From assembly GCA_964566925.1 (NCBI GenBank), contig CAZMIZ010000001.1, positions 219,968 to 283,967 on the forward strand: a stretch of 64,000 nucleotides of DNA. Reading direction: 5' to 3'. Numbering within the stretch: position 1 is the first letter of the stretch; each line of letters starts with the position of its first letter. Source of the DNA: an uncultured Gammaproteobacteria bacterium. GTDB taxonomy: Bacteria > Patescibacteriota > Microgenomatia > PFEM01 > DATLAM01. The notes beneath the pieces are model-generated. The model made no database searches, was not told the DNA's origin, and saw only the letters and a list, made by a program, of their open reading frames with translations. The translations under genes were made by a program, and so were the position numbers. This document shows positions 28,021 to 37,955 of the stretch, in pieces.

Positions 28021-28611
28021 ATGGCAAAAATAGTTATTGGGATTGTTGGCCAGATTGGCTCCGGGAAAGATACAGCCATTGGTTTTCTAAAAAAACATGG
28101 TTTTGTTAATTTCTCTTTATCGGATCAGATAAGAATTCAGTTGAAAAAACAAGCTAATTTAGATTTTAGTCGCCAAGAAATCCAAGATTTAGGTGATGAG
28201 ATGCGCAAGAAACATGGTGATGATTATTGGGCCCAACAAGCCTGGCAAGAAGCCATCAGAAGTGATCAAGAGAAGCTAATTATTTCCAGTATCCGTCACC
28301 CCGCCGAAGTGGCTTTTTTAAAAAAACAGAAAAACTTTTATCTTTTAGCCGTGATTGCTGATCAAAAAATTCGGTTTAAGAGAAAATTAGCTTCAGGCCG
28401 GAGCGATGACCAGGATTTGCTTACCTGGGAGGGTTTTAAAAAAGCAGACGAGCGAGAGACTAAAAAACAAAGAAAGCATGGTCAACAAGTAAGTAAGGTG
28501 GTGGCCATGGCTGATTTTACGGTTAGGAATAATGGGACTAAAGCTGAACTCAAAGAAAAAATGGACAGACTTTTGACTGAAATTAAAAGGAATCAGGATG
28601 CCGAGAATTGA
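28021..28611 (+). CDS. P-loop kinase, dNMP-kinase-like
   Basis: GIVGQIGSGKDT Walker A. Confidence 0.5.
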   Translation: MAKIVIGIVGQIGSGKDTAIGFLKKHGFVNFSLSDQIRIQLKKQANLDFSRQEIQDLGDEMRKKHGDDYWAQQAWQEAIRSDQEKLIISSIRHPAEVAFLKKQKNFYLLAVIADQKIRFKRKLASGRSDDQDLLTWEGFKKADERETKKQRKHGQQVSKVVAMADFTVRNNGTKAELKEKMDRLLTEIKRNQDAEN

Positions 28612-28960
28612 TAAGCTTTCTTGGGGAAAAGTTAAGGTTGATGACCAAGACTACCACCAGGTTTTATTAATTGGTGACGAAATTATCCCTCGCGATGTTA
28701 ATAAATTAAAAAAGCTTTTTAAAACCACCCATCAGATCGGGGATTGGGAAAGAAAGAAGCTCTTAGAAAATAAGCCAGAGATAATTATCATTGCCAGCGG
28801 CTGGGATGGCGCCTTAAAAGTTGATCAAGCTTTTAAACAGGCTTGTCAAAAAGCAGGGGTTGAATTGCGAATCCTTTTAAGCCAAAAGGCGGTGGCCGAA
28901 TACAATCGCTTGGTTGCCGAGGGAAGAAAAATTAACGCCCTAATTCACACTACTTGTTAA
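28598..28960 (+). CDS. Mth938-like domain protein
   Basis: 120 aa, by-eye similarity. Confidence 0.5.
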   Translation: MPRIDKLSWGKVKVDDQDYHQVLLIGDEIIPRDVNKLKKLFKTTHQIGDWERKKLLENKPEIIIIASGWDGALKVDQAFKQACQKAGVELRILLSQKAVAEYNRLVAEGRKINALIHTTC

Positions 28961-29472
28961 GAATGGTTAAGAATTTAAAACCTCCAACTTATCACTTTTG
29001 CCCTCTCTGCGGCAAAAAGCTGGTTAAAAGAAAAGATCTTGACCGGAGTAAGCGAGATGTTTGTCCTGGTTGTGGTTGGATTTATTACCCGATTCCCTAT
29101 ATCAGTACTACCGTCCTGATCCGTAAAAATGGCCAAGTTTTACTAGTGAAACGAGGCGAAGAACCTAAAAAGGGGCTTTGGCAGCTACCAGGCGGTTTTA
29201 TCCAATTCGGCGAGAGACCTTCTTTGACCGGCAAACGAGAGATAAAAGAAGAGCTTGGCTTGGAGATTGAGATAGGTGATTTGATCCACCTCGACTTGAT
29301 TACTGATGACCCTCGAGGAACAATCTTAGGCTTTGTTTACGAGGCCAAGATAATTAGCGGAAAGATAAGAAAAGGTAGAGAGATTGCGGAAGTCGATTTC
29401 TTTCCATTGGTAAAGTTGCCCAAACTGGGCTTTGAGATTCATCGCCAGCTTTTACGGAAGTTAGAGGGGTAA
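28954..29472 (+). CDS. NUDIX hydrolase with N-terminal zinc ribbon
   Basis: CPLCG...CPGCG; GGFIQFGERPSLTGKREIKEELG Nudix box. Confidence 0.8.
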   Translation: MLRMVKNLKPPTYHFCPLCGKKLVKRKDLDRSKRDVCPGCGWIYYPIPYISTTVLIRKNGQVLLVKRGEEPKKGLWQLPGGFIQFGERPSLTGKREIKEELGLEIEIGDLIHLDLITDDPRGTILGFVYEAKIISGKIRKGREIAEVDFFPLVKLPKLGFEIHRQLLRKLEG

Positions 29473-29478
29473 AGTTTA

Positions 29479-30444
29479 ATGGTTGAACGAGGTGAACAAA
29501 AAACCCTTCCCGGGATAAAAAGACCAAAACCAATTAAAGAAAAAAGAAAACCCCGATCGAGGTTTGATAACCGGGCAACGATTGTCGTTCTTTTTCTGAT
29601 TACTGTTTTGGGGAGTTTGTTTTTTTACCTGAAGACCGAAGTACCTAAGTCTTGGCAAAAACTTCTAGAACCGAGAGTGATCTCTTCTTTGCCAGGCGGC
29701 GTTGATTATCGACCAGTGACGGACCAGGTAGAAGAGATAACCTCTGACCTCCAAGGTAATTATGGTTTTTATGTTTACCGGCTAGAAGATGGTTGGGGTT
29801 ATGGTTGGCATGAAGATCAGGTTTTTCCAGCCGCCTCGCTAATTAAGCTGCCAGTAATCTTAACCCTTTATCAAGAAGCCGAAGCCGCTGAAATTGATTT
29901 GGAAACAAAATATTCTTTAAAAGAAGAAGATAAAAGGGGCGGTGCCGGAGTTATTCAATCCGCGCCCACAGGCACGATTTATACTTACCGCAAATTGGCT
30001 GAATTGATGGGCCAACAATCGGATAATACGGCCTTTAATGTTCTCCGTCAGGTTTTAGGCGATCAAAAAATTCAAGCAACCATCGATGAGTTAGGGATGA
30101 GTAGCACCTCTTTGAGTAAAAACAAAACCACGCCTGAAGAAATTGGCTTACTTTTTCAAGAACTTTACCAAGGTAAAATTTTAACCAAAGAAGATCGAGA
30201 AGAAATTTTAAACTATTTAACGGAAACTGCCTTTGAGGACCGCATTCCGGCCGGAGTGCCTGAAGAGGTGCGGGTGGCTCATAAGATCGGCACTGATGCC
30301 CGGACCTTTTCTGACGCCGGGATTGTTTTTGCCGAAAAACCTTTCATCTTGGTGATTATGTCCAAAGACGCCCTCGAATCCGAAGCTTTGGAGGTTTTGC
30401 CTAAAATTAGCCAGATTGTGTGGAATTTTGAAGCCAATCCTTGA
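29479..30444 (+). CDS. Class A beta-lactamase-like serine hydrolase
   Basis: ASLIK (SxxK), SDN, HKIG (KTG-like). Confidence 0.7.
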   Translation: MVERGEQKTLPGIKRPKPIKEKRKPRSRFDNRATIVVLFLITVLGSLFFYLKTEVPKSWQKLLEPRVISSLPGGVDYRPVTDQVEEITSDLQGNYGFYVYRLEDGWGYGWHEDQVFPAASLIKLPVILTLYQEAEAAEIDLETKYSLKEEDKRGGAGVIQSAPTGTIYTYRKLAELMGQQSDNTAFNVLRQVLGDQKIQATIDELGMSSTSLSKNKTTPEEIGLLFQELYQGKILTKEDREEILNYLTETAFEDRIPAGVPEEVRVAHKIGTDARTFSDAGIVFAEKPFILVIMSKDALESEALEVLPKISQIVWNFEANP

Positions 30445-30472
30445 AACGTTTGGTATACTATAAGATAAAGAA

Positions 30473-30907
30473 ATGGGTTCCCCTGAAACACAGACATATA
30501 AAGCAAGCGGGTCAGTTTCCCCTAAAGAGCCAAAAGGCTTTGGTGATGTCATCCGGAGGGAAAGGCTGGAAAGAAAAATGACCCAGGCTGAACTTTCTTG
30601 GGCTACAGGGATAGATCCCACTGCCTTGAGCCGAATTGAAACTGGCGGCCCTAGAAAAGATTTAAGTTGTAGAAGGCTTGCTAAAATAGCGACAGCATTT
30701 GGAATGTCTCCTGAAGAGATAATAGCTCAGGCAGGATTTCTAGAGAGAGAGGAAATTACTGCTAGAGACCGGGCTCTGGCTGATGCAATTCTCGATAATC
30801 CTAGATTAAGGGAAATATTTTCTATTTTAAGGGCAAATGAAATAAAAAAGCCTTGGCTTTTTCCCCTTCTTAAAGCCTACGCTAAAATCATCGCTGAAGC
30901 TGCTTAA
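30473..30907 (+). CDS. XRE-family HTH regulator
   Basis: MTQAELSWATGIDPTALSRIETG. Confidence 0.7.
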   Translation: MGSPETQTYKASGSVSPKEPKGFGDVIRRERLERKMTQAELSWATGIDPTALSRIETGGPRKDLSCRRLAKIATAFGMSPEEIIAQAGFLEREEITARDRALADAILDNPRLREIFSILRANEIKKPWLFPLLKAYAKIIAEAA

Positions 30908-33336
30908 ATTTCACTTTTACCCTCTTCACTCTTTTCTTTAATTTCTTTCACCTTTTCTGGGTCGCAATGGTTTTTGGGTTCGGTGCCAGGGAGAAAATAT
31001 TCTTCTTTCCCACCACAACCCTCGCAGGGGAGAGTCCCGGTGGTTGGACAGATTTCCACTTTAAGCAAATCTTCGGGCTTAGGAAATTCTTTATCAGGCT
31101 CGTCTTTTAGGAGGGCGGTCATGGTTTGACTCCAGATCGGCGAGGCGCCGGTAATCCCTGAAGCGACGTAGCTCATGGGTGTATTGTCATTGTTGCCCAC
31201 CCAAACGGCGACCAAATAATCTGGGCTGTAGCCGACGGTCCAGTTATCCCTTAAGTTTTGGGTGGTACCGGTTTTAACGGCCACATGAGAATGGCTAGGG
31301 AGGTTAAGGACAGAGTAAGGCCCAAAAGCCGGGGTTCGGGCCGCGTTGTCTGATAAAATATCATTTAAGAGATAAGCCACTTCAGGGGGAAGGATTCTGG
31401 ACCCATTAGTTTCCAATTTCCAGTTTCCAATTTCCAGTTTCTCTAGAACTTCGCCTTTATAATTCTTCACTTCTAAAATCGGGCTGAGGTCAACTCTGAT
31501 TCCCAGATTAGCTAGGGTCCCGTAAACCACCGCCATGTCAGTCATCTTGACTTCACCCCCACCCAGAGTTAAAGAAAGACCAAATCGGTCGCGTTCGTTC
31601 CAAGTGGTAATCCCCATTGCCTGGCCACGATCAATCATTTTACTGACCCCATAAGAGGAAAGAACTTTAACCGCCGGGACATTATAAGAAGAGGCAAGGG
31701 CAATTCTTAACGGGATTTTGCCATGAAATTGGTTGTCATAATTCCGGGGTGAATAAGGCGGTTGACCTGGAACTTTGTAGGTAATCGGCGTGTCCGAGAT
31801 GAGAGTGGCCGGAGTGAAACCATTTTCTAAAGCAACAGAATAGTTAACCGGCTTGATGGCGCTACCGGGTTGTCTAGACTGGAGAGTGACATTAACGTTA
31901 CCATCATGTTCCAGATCAAAATAGTCTTTTGAGCCGACCATGGCTAAGATTTCACCGGTCACTGGTTTGGTGACCAGGGCGGCGCCGTTGCCCACCTGAA
32001 GCCTGGATAAATTAACCACTTCCTCTTTGACTATTGTTTGAACGAAATTTTGAACGTCTAAATCAAGTGAGGTGGTAACTTCCAGTCCACCTTCTTCTAC
32101 CATTCGTTCGCCATATTTTTGGACCAAAAGGTCTTTGATGTACATCACGAAGTGGGGTGCTTGGATATTGGTTCGCTGAGGCGCAAACTGAAGCTCTTGA
32201 GCCTTGGCTTCTTCGGCTTGTTCGTGGGTGATAAAGTGATTTTCGACCATCATTCGTAAAACCTGCCATTGCCTTGCCTTGGCTAATTCTGGATGAGCCC
32301 CAAAAGGAGAGTAGGTGGTGGGTGAGGCCGGCAGGCCAGCTAATAAAGTTGATTCCGCCAAAGATAATTCCCGAACTGATTTGCCGAAATAAGCCCAAGA
32401 GGCCTCTTCGGCTCCGTAAGCGGCCCCACCATAACCGACTTCATTAAGATACATTTGTAAAATTTCATCTTTAGAAAAAGCCAGTTCTACCTGGAAGGCT
32501 AAGATTAATTCTTTGATTTTTCTTTCCAGGGTTTTCTCAGGGGTTAAAAGGGCATTTTTCACCAGTTGTTGAGTGATGGTTGAGCCGCCCTGAAGCTTGC
32601 CGGTGACTAAATTTTTAAAAAAGCTTCGGGTGATCCCTCGGTAAGAGAACCCGTAATGATGGTAGAAGTCGCCATCTTCAATCGCCACTGTGGCTTGAAT
32701 GAGGCTGGCGGGAATTTCGTCCAATTTTACCAGCGTCCGATTTTGGTTGCGATAAATTTTGTAAAGTAATTGGCCTTGACGGTCATAAATTTTAGTGGAG
32801 ACGACCTGATCCCGGGTGATTAACTCATTGGGGTGGGGGAGGTCTTTTAAAAGAGTTAAATAGGTGACTAAGAGAATGGTGATGATTATCCAGATTAAAC
32901 TGGCAAAAACAAGATACCTTCTTCTTATTTGGGGACGTCTGATAACGGGAGGTTTGATTTTAGGGAGGACGATTTTGGGAAATTTAAGTCTAGGGATTTT
33001 GACTGGCGGCCGCTTTAGTTTAATTTTTTTAACTCGAGCAGTAAGTGAGAAGAAAAATAGAGGGACGAATTGCAAGAACAAAAGAGCTAGTTTGCCGATT
33101 AAAACCAAAAGACCACTGGCGGCTCTTCTTATAAAAAGAAGAGAAATAACTACGCCTTGGAAGGAAATTAGAAGCCCGAGGGTGATGGGCCTGCCAATAA
33201 GCTCTAAAATCAGGGTAGTCCAGCCAAAAAGTGTTTTTGGCTTTTGGAAGTGTTTGCCAAAAAATTTCGGGGCCAGGATTCGCTTGAATCGAAGCTTTTT
33301 GGCGGAATAAATCGTCCCTGTCCGCTTAACCGCCAT
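30904..33336 (-). CDS. Penicillin-binding protein 1A, with long multi-TM N-terminal extension
   Basis: GT51 motifs EDGDFYHH, GGSTITQQL; TPase SAIKP, SYN, KTGT; ~165-aa hydrophobic N-terminal extension. Confidence 0.9.
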   Translation of the reverse strand: MAVKRTGTIYSAKKLRFKRILAPKFFGKHFQKPKTLFGWTTLILELIGRPITLGLLISFQGVVISLLFIRRAASGLLVLIGKLALLFLQFVPLFFFSLTARVKKIKLKRPPVKIPRLKFPKIVLPKIKPPVIRRPQIRRRYLVFASLIWIIITILLVTYLTLLKDLPHPNELITRDQVVSTKIYDRQGQLLYKIYRNQNRTLVKLDEIPASLIQATVAIEDGDFYHHYGFSYRGITRSFFKNLVTGKLQGGSTITQQLVKNALLTPEKTLERKIKELILAFQVELAFSKDEILQMYLNEVGYGGAAYGAEEASWAYFGKSVRELSLAESTLLAGLPASPTTYSPFGAHPELAKARQWQVLRMMVENHFITHEQAEEAKAQELQFAPQRTNIQAPHFVMYIKDLLVQKYGERMVEEGGLEVTTSLDLDVQNFVQTIVKEEVVNLSRLQVGNGAALVTKPVTGEILAMVGSKDYFDLEHDGNVNVTLQSRQPGSAIKPVNYSVALENGFTPATLISDTPITYKVPGQPPYSPRNYDNQFHGKIPLRIALASSYNVPAVKVLSSYGVSKMIDRGQAMGITTWNERDRFGLSLTLGGGEVKMTDMAVVYGTLANLGIRVDLSPILEVKNYKGEVLEKLEIGNWKLETNGSRILPPEVAYLLNDILSDNAARTPAFGPYSVLNLPSHSHVAVKTGTTQNLRDNWTVGYSPDYLVAVWVGNNDNTPMSYVASGITGASPIWSQTMTALLKDEPDKEFPKPEDLLKVEICPTTGTLPCEGCGGKEEYFLPGTEPKNHCDPEKVKEIKEKSEEGKSEI

Positions 33337-33445
33337 TTGCAGGGCTATTCTAACCTTTTTTTCGCTCTTTTTCTAGAGTGAAAAAGAAGACTTTAAGCCT
33401 ATAAGGCGAAAAGGATTCCTTTTGAGCCTGATTTAAAGAGGGAGT

Positions 33446-34078
33446 TTATAAAGACAATGGTTCGCCATTAGAGTGGGTTTTCGCCTCAAAAATCTCTCTC
33501 CCGAAATTATCAAGAATTGGCCTTTTACCTTTGGTCGCTTCAGCTTGTTGGAGCACCGCCGAAACAAAGGCGATTGTCGTTTGGATATTACCCAGTTTTA
33601 GACGATCGAAGTTTTGATCTGAAAAGGGGCTGACGAAGATAATAACGCCTTCGACAGCTTCCGAAGGAACCTGGTCTCTAATACCATAATAATCTGGATA
33701 GTACCCCCAACCAGAATGACGGCCCCATAACTGCTCAGCCTGGCTATTTCTGACTATGAAGCCAATTGGTAAAATGGTTTCGGGATCCGCAAAATCCCAG
33801 AAGTGGCCTATTAGAGCGATAGCATTTTCTCTATGGTCTAAGCTTGGGAGTCTAAGGAATTTAACATAAAGATTATCTTCTGGGTGATCGCCGGTTCCAT
33901 TAGAGATTGTTTCACCTCTTCTTTCTGCCTGTAAACAAGGAGAAAGAAGACCGCTTCCTAAAAGAATGTCTTCCAAATCTTCCTGCATGCCAGCTCTGGT
34001 TACATGGATTAGAGTTCCTTGAGAGAACAACCGATGCACCTGGTCGGCCATTTGAAGCTTTAATCTTTCACCACTCAT
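33446..34078 (-). CDS. Hypothetical protein
   Basis: 210-aa ORF between the PBP paralogs. Confidence 0.5.
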   Translation of the reverse strand: MSGERLKLQMADQVHRLFSQGTLIHVTRAGMQEDLEDILLGSGLLSPCLQAERRGETISNGTGDHPEDNLYVKFLRLPSLDHRENAIALIGHFWDFADPETILPIGFIVRNSQAEQLWGRHSGWGYYPDYYGIRDQVPSEAVEGVIIFVSPFSDQNFDRLKLGNIQTTIAFVSAVLQQAEATKGKRPILDNFGREIFEAKTHSNGEPLSL

Positions 34079-34155
34079 AACTCAAGCTCATTATATACCG
34101 CGGGGTCAAAAACTAAAGTCTTAGCTTGTTTTGGGAGTTTTGATAAAATAGAACT

Positions 34156-34797
34156 ATGGCAAAAATCAGATTGGTTTGTTTTGATGTGGATGGTACTTTG
34201 GTTAAGGAAAATTCCTGGCAGTTTTTAACGGCAGGTTTAGGCTTTCCACCGGAGAGAGTGGTTGAATTTTATCGGAAAGCTAAGAGTGGCGAACTTACTT
34301 TTATGGAGGCGGAAAAGAGGTATACCAAGATGCTCCAGCAAAGCGACAAAACAACGAGGGCGTTTATTAAAAAACTGTTTTCCCAGATTAAACCAAGACC
34401 AGGAGCCAAAGATTTGATTTCTTATTTAAAGAAAAAAGGTTGTCCGGTTTATCTAATTTCTGGGGCAATCGACATCTTCGTTGAAGAGATTGCGAAAAAA
34501 ATAAAAGCGGATGGATTTTATGCCAATTCTTCTTTAGGATTTGATGAAAAGGGAAGCTTGCAAAAAATTCATTACCGAGAGATACAAGGGGAATTAAAAG
34601 TTAAACAACTTGAAGAATTGGTAAAAAGGTTAGGAATTAAAATAAATGAAGTCGCCTTTGTTGGCGACAGCGAAAATGATATTGAGGTTTTTAAAGCCAC
34701 CAACCACGGGATTGCGGTTCATTCTAGCAATAAAGAACTGAAAAAGATCGCCTGGAAAGAGGCGGCTTCTCTGGAGGAAATAAAGGGGATTCTTTAA
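34156..34797 (+). CDS. HAD-superfamily phosphatase (phosphoserine phosphatase-like)
   Basis: VCFDVDGTL ... GDSENDIE. Confidence 0.75.
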   Translation: MAKIRLVCFDVDGTLVKENSWQFLTAGLGFPPERVVEFYRKAKSGELTFMEAEKRYTKMLQQSDKTTRAFIKKLFSQIKPRPGAKDLISYLKKKGCPVYLISGAIDIFVEEIAKKIKADGFYANSSLGFDEKGSLQKIHYREIQGELKVKQLEELVKRLGIKINEVAFVGDSENDIEVFKATNHGIAVHSSNKELKKIAWKEAASLEEIKGIL

Positions 34798-37061
34798 GGT
34801 TCGGCTGGGGGAGAGGTGGGAATTGGATTTAGGGCGTAGGGCTGGATAGTTATGGGTTCAGAAGGAGGGACGCAGTCCAGGCAATAGGGGGTTCCCAAAG
34901 GATCAAAAACCACCTGGTGCTCCTGAAGCTCCCGGTTTTCCGGCAGGGTTTTCTCGGTAGCCATTTGATTGGTGGTTTTGTCAACTTCAATAAAAGCTTT
35001 CAGATTCTCAGTTTCTGAAGGGACGGTTCCCTCCAAGAAATATTCAAACCGGGTTTCACAAGGCGCTTCTGGGTTAGGCGCTTTACCGGTTAAAGAACAA
35101 ACTTGAGCGCCAACCACTCCCTCGGGTTTAATCGGCCATTCTTCTTCCATATCCTTCAAAGCATAGCCTATGATCTCATTCCAAATCGGCGAAGCGCCGG
35201 TGATGCCTGAAGCGACGTAGCTCATCGGGGTGTTGTCATTATTGCCTACCCAAACGGCGACCAGGCGCGAAGGAGTATAACCGATGGTCCAGTTATCCCG
35301 CTTGTCATTAGTGGTACCGGTTTTAACCGAAACTTCAGGGTGGTTTTTAACCACTAAATAGGAGCCGGTGCCGAAAGCGGCTGATCGAGCATGATTGTCT
35401 AAAAGGATGTGAGAAATGAGATAAGCTACTTCCATCGGGAGAACTCTGGGCCCTTCAACCTCCTCATGTTGATAGACGACTTTTCCGTTGAGATCTTCAA
35501 CTTTTTCAATCGCATAGAGATCTTGGCGGATGCCAAGGTTGGCAAAAACAGAAAAAGCGGTAGCCATGTCCGCCATCTTGACTTCGCCTCCCCCTAAAGT
35601 GAGGGAAAGACCATATTGAGAAGGATCTTCAAAAGTGGTGATCCCAAACTCTTTTGCTTTGGCCACAAAGTCTTCAAGGCCATTAAGAGTTAAGACTTTG
35701 ACGGCGGCGACATTAATTGAATTACCTAGAGCAAACCGCGCTTGGGTCGGGCCTCGAAAAGTGCCGTCGTAGTTAACCGGACAATAGAGTTGCTGGCCCG
35801 GAACAGAAAAGCAGGTTGGCGCGTCGTTAAGGACGGTTGCCGGAGTGATAACCTTTTTATTAATTGCCAAAGCGTAGTTTAAGGGTTTAATTGAGCTTCC
35901 CGGTTGTCTTGGTCGTAAAGTAACATTAACCCGGCCGTCGTGTTCTTCGTCAAAATAATCATGGGAGCCGATCATCGCCAAAATTTCGCCGGTTTTAGGA
36001 TTGGTAATTAAAGCAGCGCCATTGGTAACTTTTAGGTTTTGATTTTCTAGGCGGGCCACCTCGGTGGCCACTGTTTCTTGAGCAAAATCTTGGAGGTCAA
36101 GGTCAAGAGAAGTGGTCACTTTTAACCCGCCTTGTTCAACTTCTCGTTGGCCATATTTTTCCACCAAAAGCTCTTTAACATAAAGAACAAAATGGGGGGC
36201 TTTAATTGAGACGGCCGCTGGAGCAAAGTGAAGTTCTTCTTCAAGTGCCTGCTGTTTTTCCTCCTCAGTAATGTATCCATCCTCAACCATTCGTGAGAGA
36301 ACTAATTCTTGTCTTCTTCTAGCTTCCTCTGGGTGAGCGCCAAAAGGAGAAAAACGAGTGGGAGCGGCTGGTAAGCCAGCCAAGAGAGTAGCCTCACCCA
36401 AACTTAGGTCTTTGGCGTGTTTCCCGAAATAAGTTTGGGCGGCGGCCTCAATGCCCCAAGCGGTTCCACCGTAAGGAACCTGGTTTAAGTACATTTCCAA
36501 GATTTGATCCTTGGAATAAATCATTTCCGCGGTGGTCGCTAAAATGGCTTCCCTGATTTTTCGGCGTAAAGTTCGCTGCTGGGTTAAAAGGGCGTTTTTT
36601 ACCAGTTGTTGGGTGATGGTTGAGCCGCCCTGGAGACTGCGCCGGAAGACAATGTTAAAAGCGGCCCGGATAATTCCCTCCCAGGCAAACCCGCGGTGCT
36701 TGTAAAAGTTTTTGTCTTCAATGGCCACGGTGGACCATTTAATATATTCAGGTAAATCTTCCATTTTAATTGGCACTCGATTTTTCTCGGCGTAGATTTC
36801 ATAAAGAAGTTCGCCGTGGCGATCAAGGATTTGGGTTGAAGCCGGGAAGGGATAAGAGGCGAGCTTGGTAGGGAGAGGGAGGTCTTTGAAAATAAACCAA
36901 AAGACAAAGAGGCCAGACAAGAGAAAAACGGCTAGAAGGGGCCAATTTTTCTCCCAAAATTTTTGACATCTTTTCGGGAGATGGGCCCCAATCCAGTCGG
37001 CTCCCTGATTAATTCGGCTGAGAAGACGATTTCCTTTTCTCCTTGTTTTCTTTTTGGCCAT
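34794..37061 (-). CDS. Penicillin-binding protein 1A (second paralog)
   Basis: EDKNFYKH, GGSTITQQL, SSIKP, SIN, KTGT. Confidence 0.9.
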   Translation of the reverse strand: MAKKKTRRKGNRLLSRINQGADWIGAHLPKRCQKFWEKNWPLLAVFLLSGLFVFWFIFKDLPLPTKLASYPFPASTQILDRHGELLYEIYAEKNRVPIKMEDLPEYIKWSTVAIEDKNFYKHRGFAWEGIIRAAFNIVFRRSLQGGSTITQQLVKNALLTQQRTLRRKIREAILATTAEMIYSKDQILEMYLNQVPYGGTAWGIEAAAQTYFGKHAKDLSLGEATLLAGLPAAPTRFSPFGAHPEEARRRQELVLSRMVEDGYITEEEKQQALEEELHFAPAAVSIKAPHFVLYVKELLVEKYGQREVEQGGLKVTTSLDLDLQDFAQETVATEVARLENQNLKVTNGAALITNPKTGEILAMIGSHDYFDEEHDGRVNVTLRPRQPGSSIKPLNYALAINKKVITPATVLNDAPTCFSVPGQQLYCPVNYDGTFRGPTQARFALGNSINVAAVKVLTLNGLEDFVAKAKEFGITTFEDPSQYGLSLTLGGGEVKMADMATAFSVFANLGIRQDLYAIEKVEDLNGKVVYQHEEVEGPRVLPMEVAYLISHILLDNHARSAAFGTGSYLVVKNHPEVSVKTGTTNDKRDNWTIGYTPSRLVAVWVGNNDNTPMSYVASGITGASPIWNEIIGYALKDMEEEWPIKPEGVVGAQVCSLTGKAPNPEAPCETRFEYFLEGTVPSETENLKAFIEVDKTTNQMATEKTLPENRELQEHQVVFDPLGTPYCLDCVPPSEPITIQPYALNPIPTSPPAEP

Positions 37062-37081
37062 AGGCTATATTATAATAAAGG

Positions 37082-37742
37082 TAAAGAATTTATGAAAGGG
37101 AAGACAACTCTCCATCGAGTTTTTAGCCTTTTTGCCTTTATCCTTATTGTTTGGGGTTTTTACCGCTTTTTATTCCGTTTTCCCGAAACAGTTGAAGAAC
37201 TTGTTTTAAAACCAATTATCTGGTTAGGGGCTATTTTTTGGGTCGTTAAGAAGTTAGAAAAAAAGCCATTATCTTCACTGGGGTTTTCCGGTAAAAATCT
37301 TTTTAAAAGCCTCTATTTGGGGATTTTTCTAGGAGCTGTTTTTGCGGCGGAAGGGCTTTTAACCAACTATCTAAAATACGGCAACTTTTCCTTTATTGAG
37401 CTTTCTTATAGCCAGGCGGTTTTTCTAGGGGCGATTGGTCTTTCTTTTGCTACGGCCATTTCCGAAGAAACCGTTTTTCGCGGTTACATCTTCAACAGAC
37501 TTTTTAAAATTTGGGGAGACGAGTGGCTTGCTAATCTTGTTTCCACTTTTTGTTTTGCCCTGATTCATTTGCCGATTACCATTTTTGTTCTTCACTATTC
37601 TTTAGTCGAGATCCTGATTTACCTTTTTCTGGTTAGTCTCTTCGGTTTTGGCTCTGCCTTTGTCTTTGCCCGGACAGGGAATATAATTTCTTCTGTCTTG
37701 CTTCATGTCTTTTGGGCCTGGCCAATCATTTTGTTTAGATAA
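37082..37742 (+). CDS. CPBP-family intramembrane protease; start chosen at 37082 to avoid overlap with PBP gene
   Basis: EETVFRGYIF ... FALIH ... HVFWA motifs. Confidence 0.7.
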
Positions 37743-37744
37743 AG

Positions 37745-37936
37745 ATGGATTGTAAAATAGACCAAAATTTAAAGACCTGTCCTTGTACCTATCCCGGTTG
37801 TCCTCGGAAAGGAAAGTGTTGTGACTGCTTGAATTATCATTTATCGAGAAATGAACTACCAGCCTGTTGTTTCCCCCCCGAAGTAGAGAAGACCTATGAT
37901 CGTTCATTTGCCAATTTTGTTAAAATAAATAGCTGA
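37745..37936 (+). CDS. Small Cys-rich protein
   Basis: 63 aa with 8 Cys. Confidence 0.4.
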   Translation: MDCKIDQNLKTCPCTYPGCPRKGKCCDCLNYHLSRNELPACCFPPEVEKTYDRSFANFVKINS

Positions 37937-37955
37937 CAATTTTATTGGAGAGGAG

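Noticed and set aside
31000-37000. Multiple 60-130-aa antisense or out-of-frame ORFs inside the two PBP1A genes (for example 32063..32398, 32864..33310, 36599..36907)
   Set aside because: Fully embedded in long, well-supported PBP1A CDSs; shadow ORFs
36963-37081. Upstream extension of the CPBP protease ORF
   Set aside because: Would overlap the 5' end of the convergent PBP1A gene by 100 nt; the ATG at 37082 gives a start just before the first TM helix
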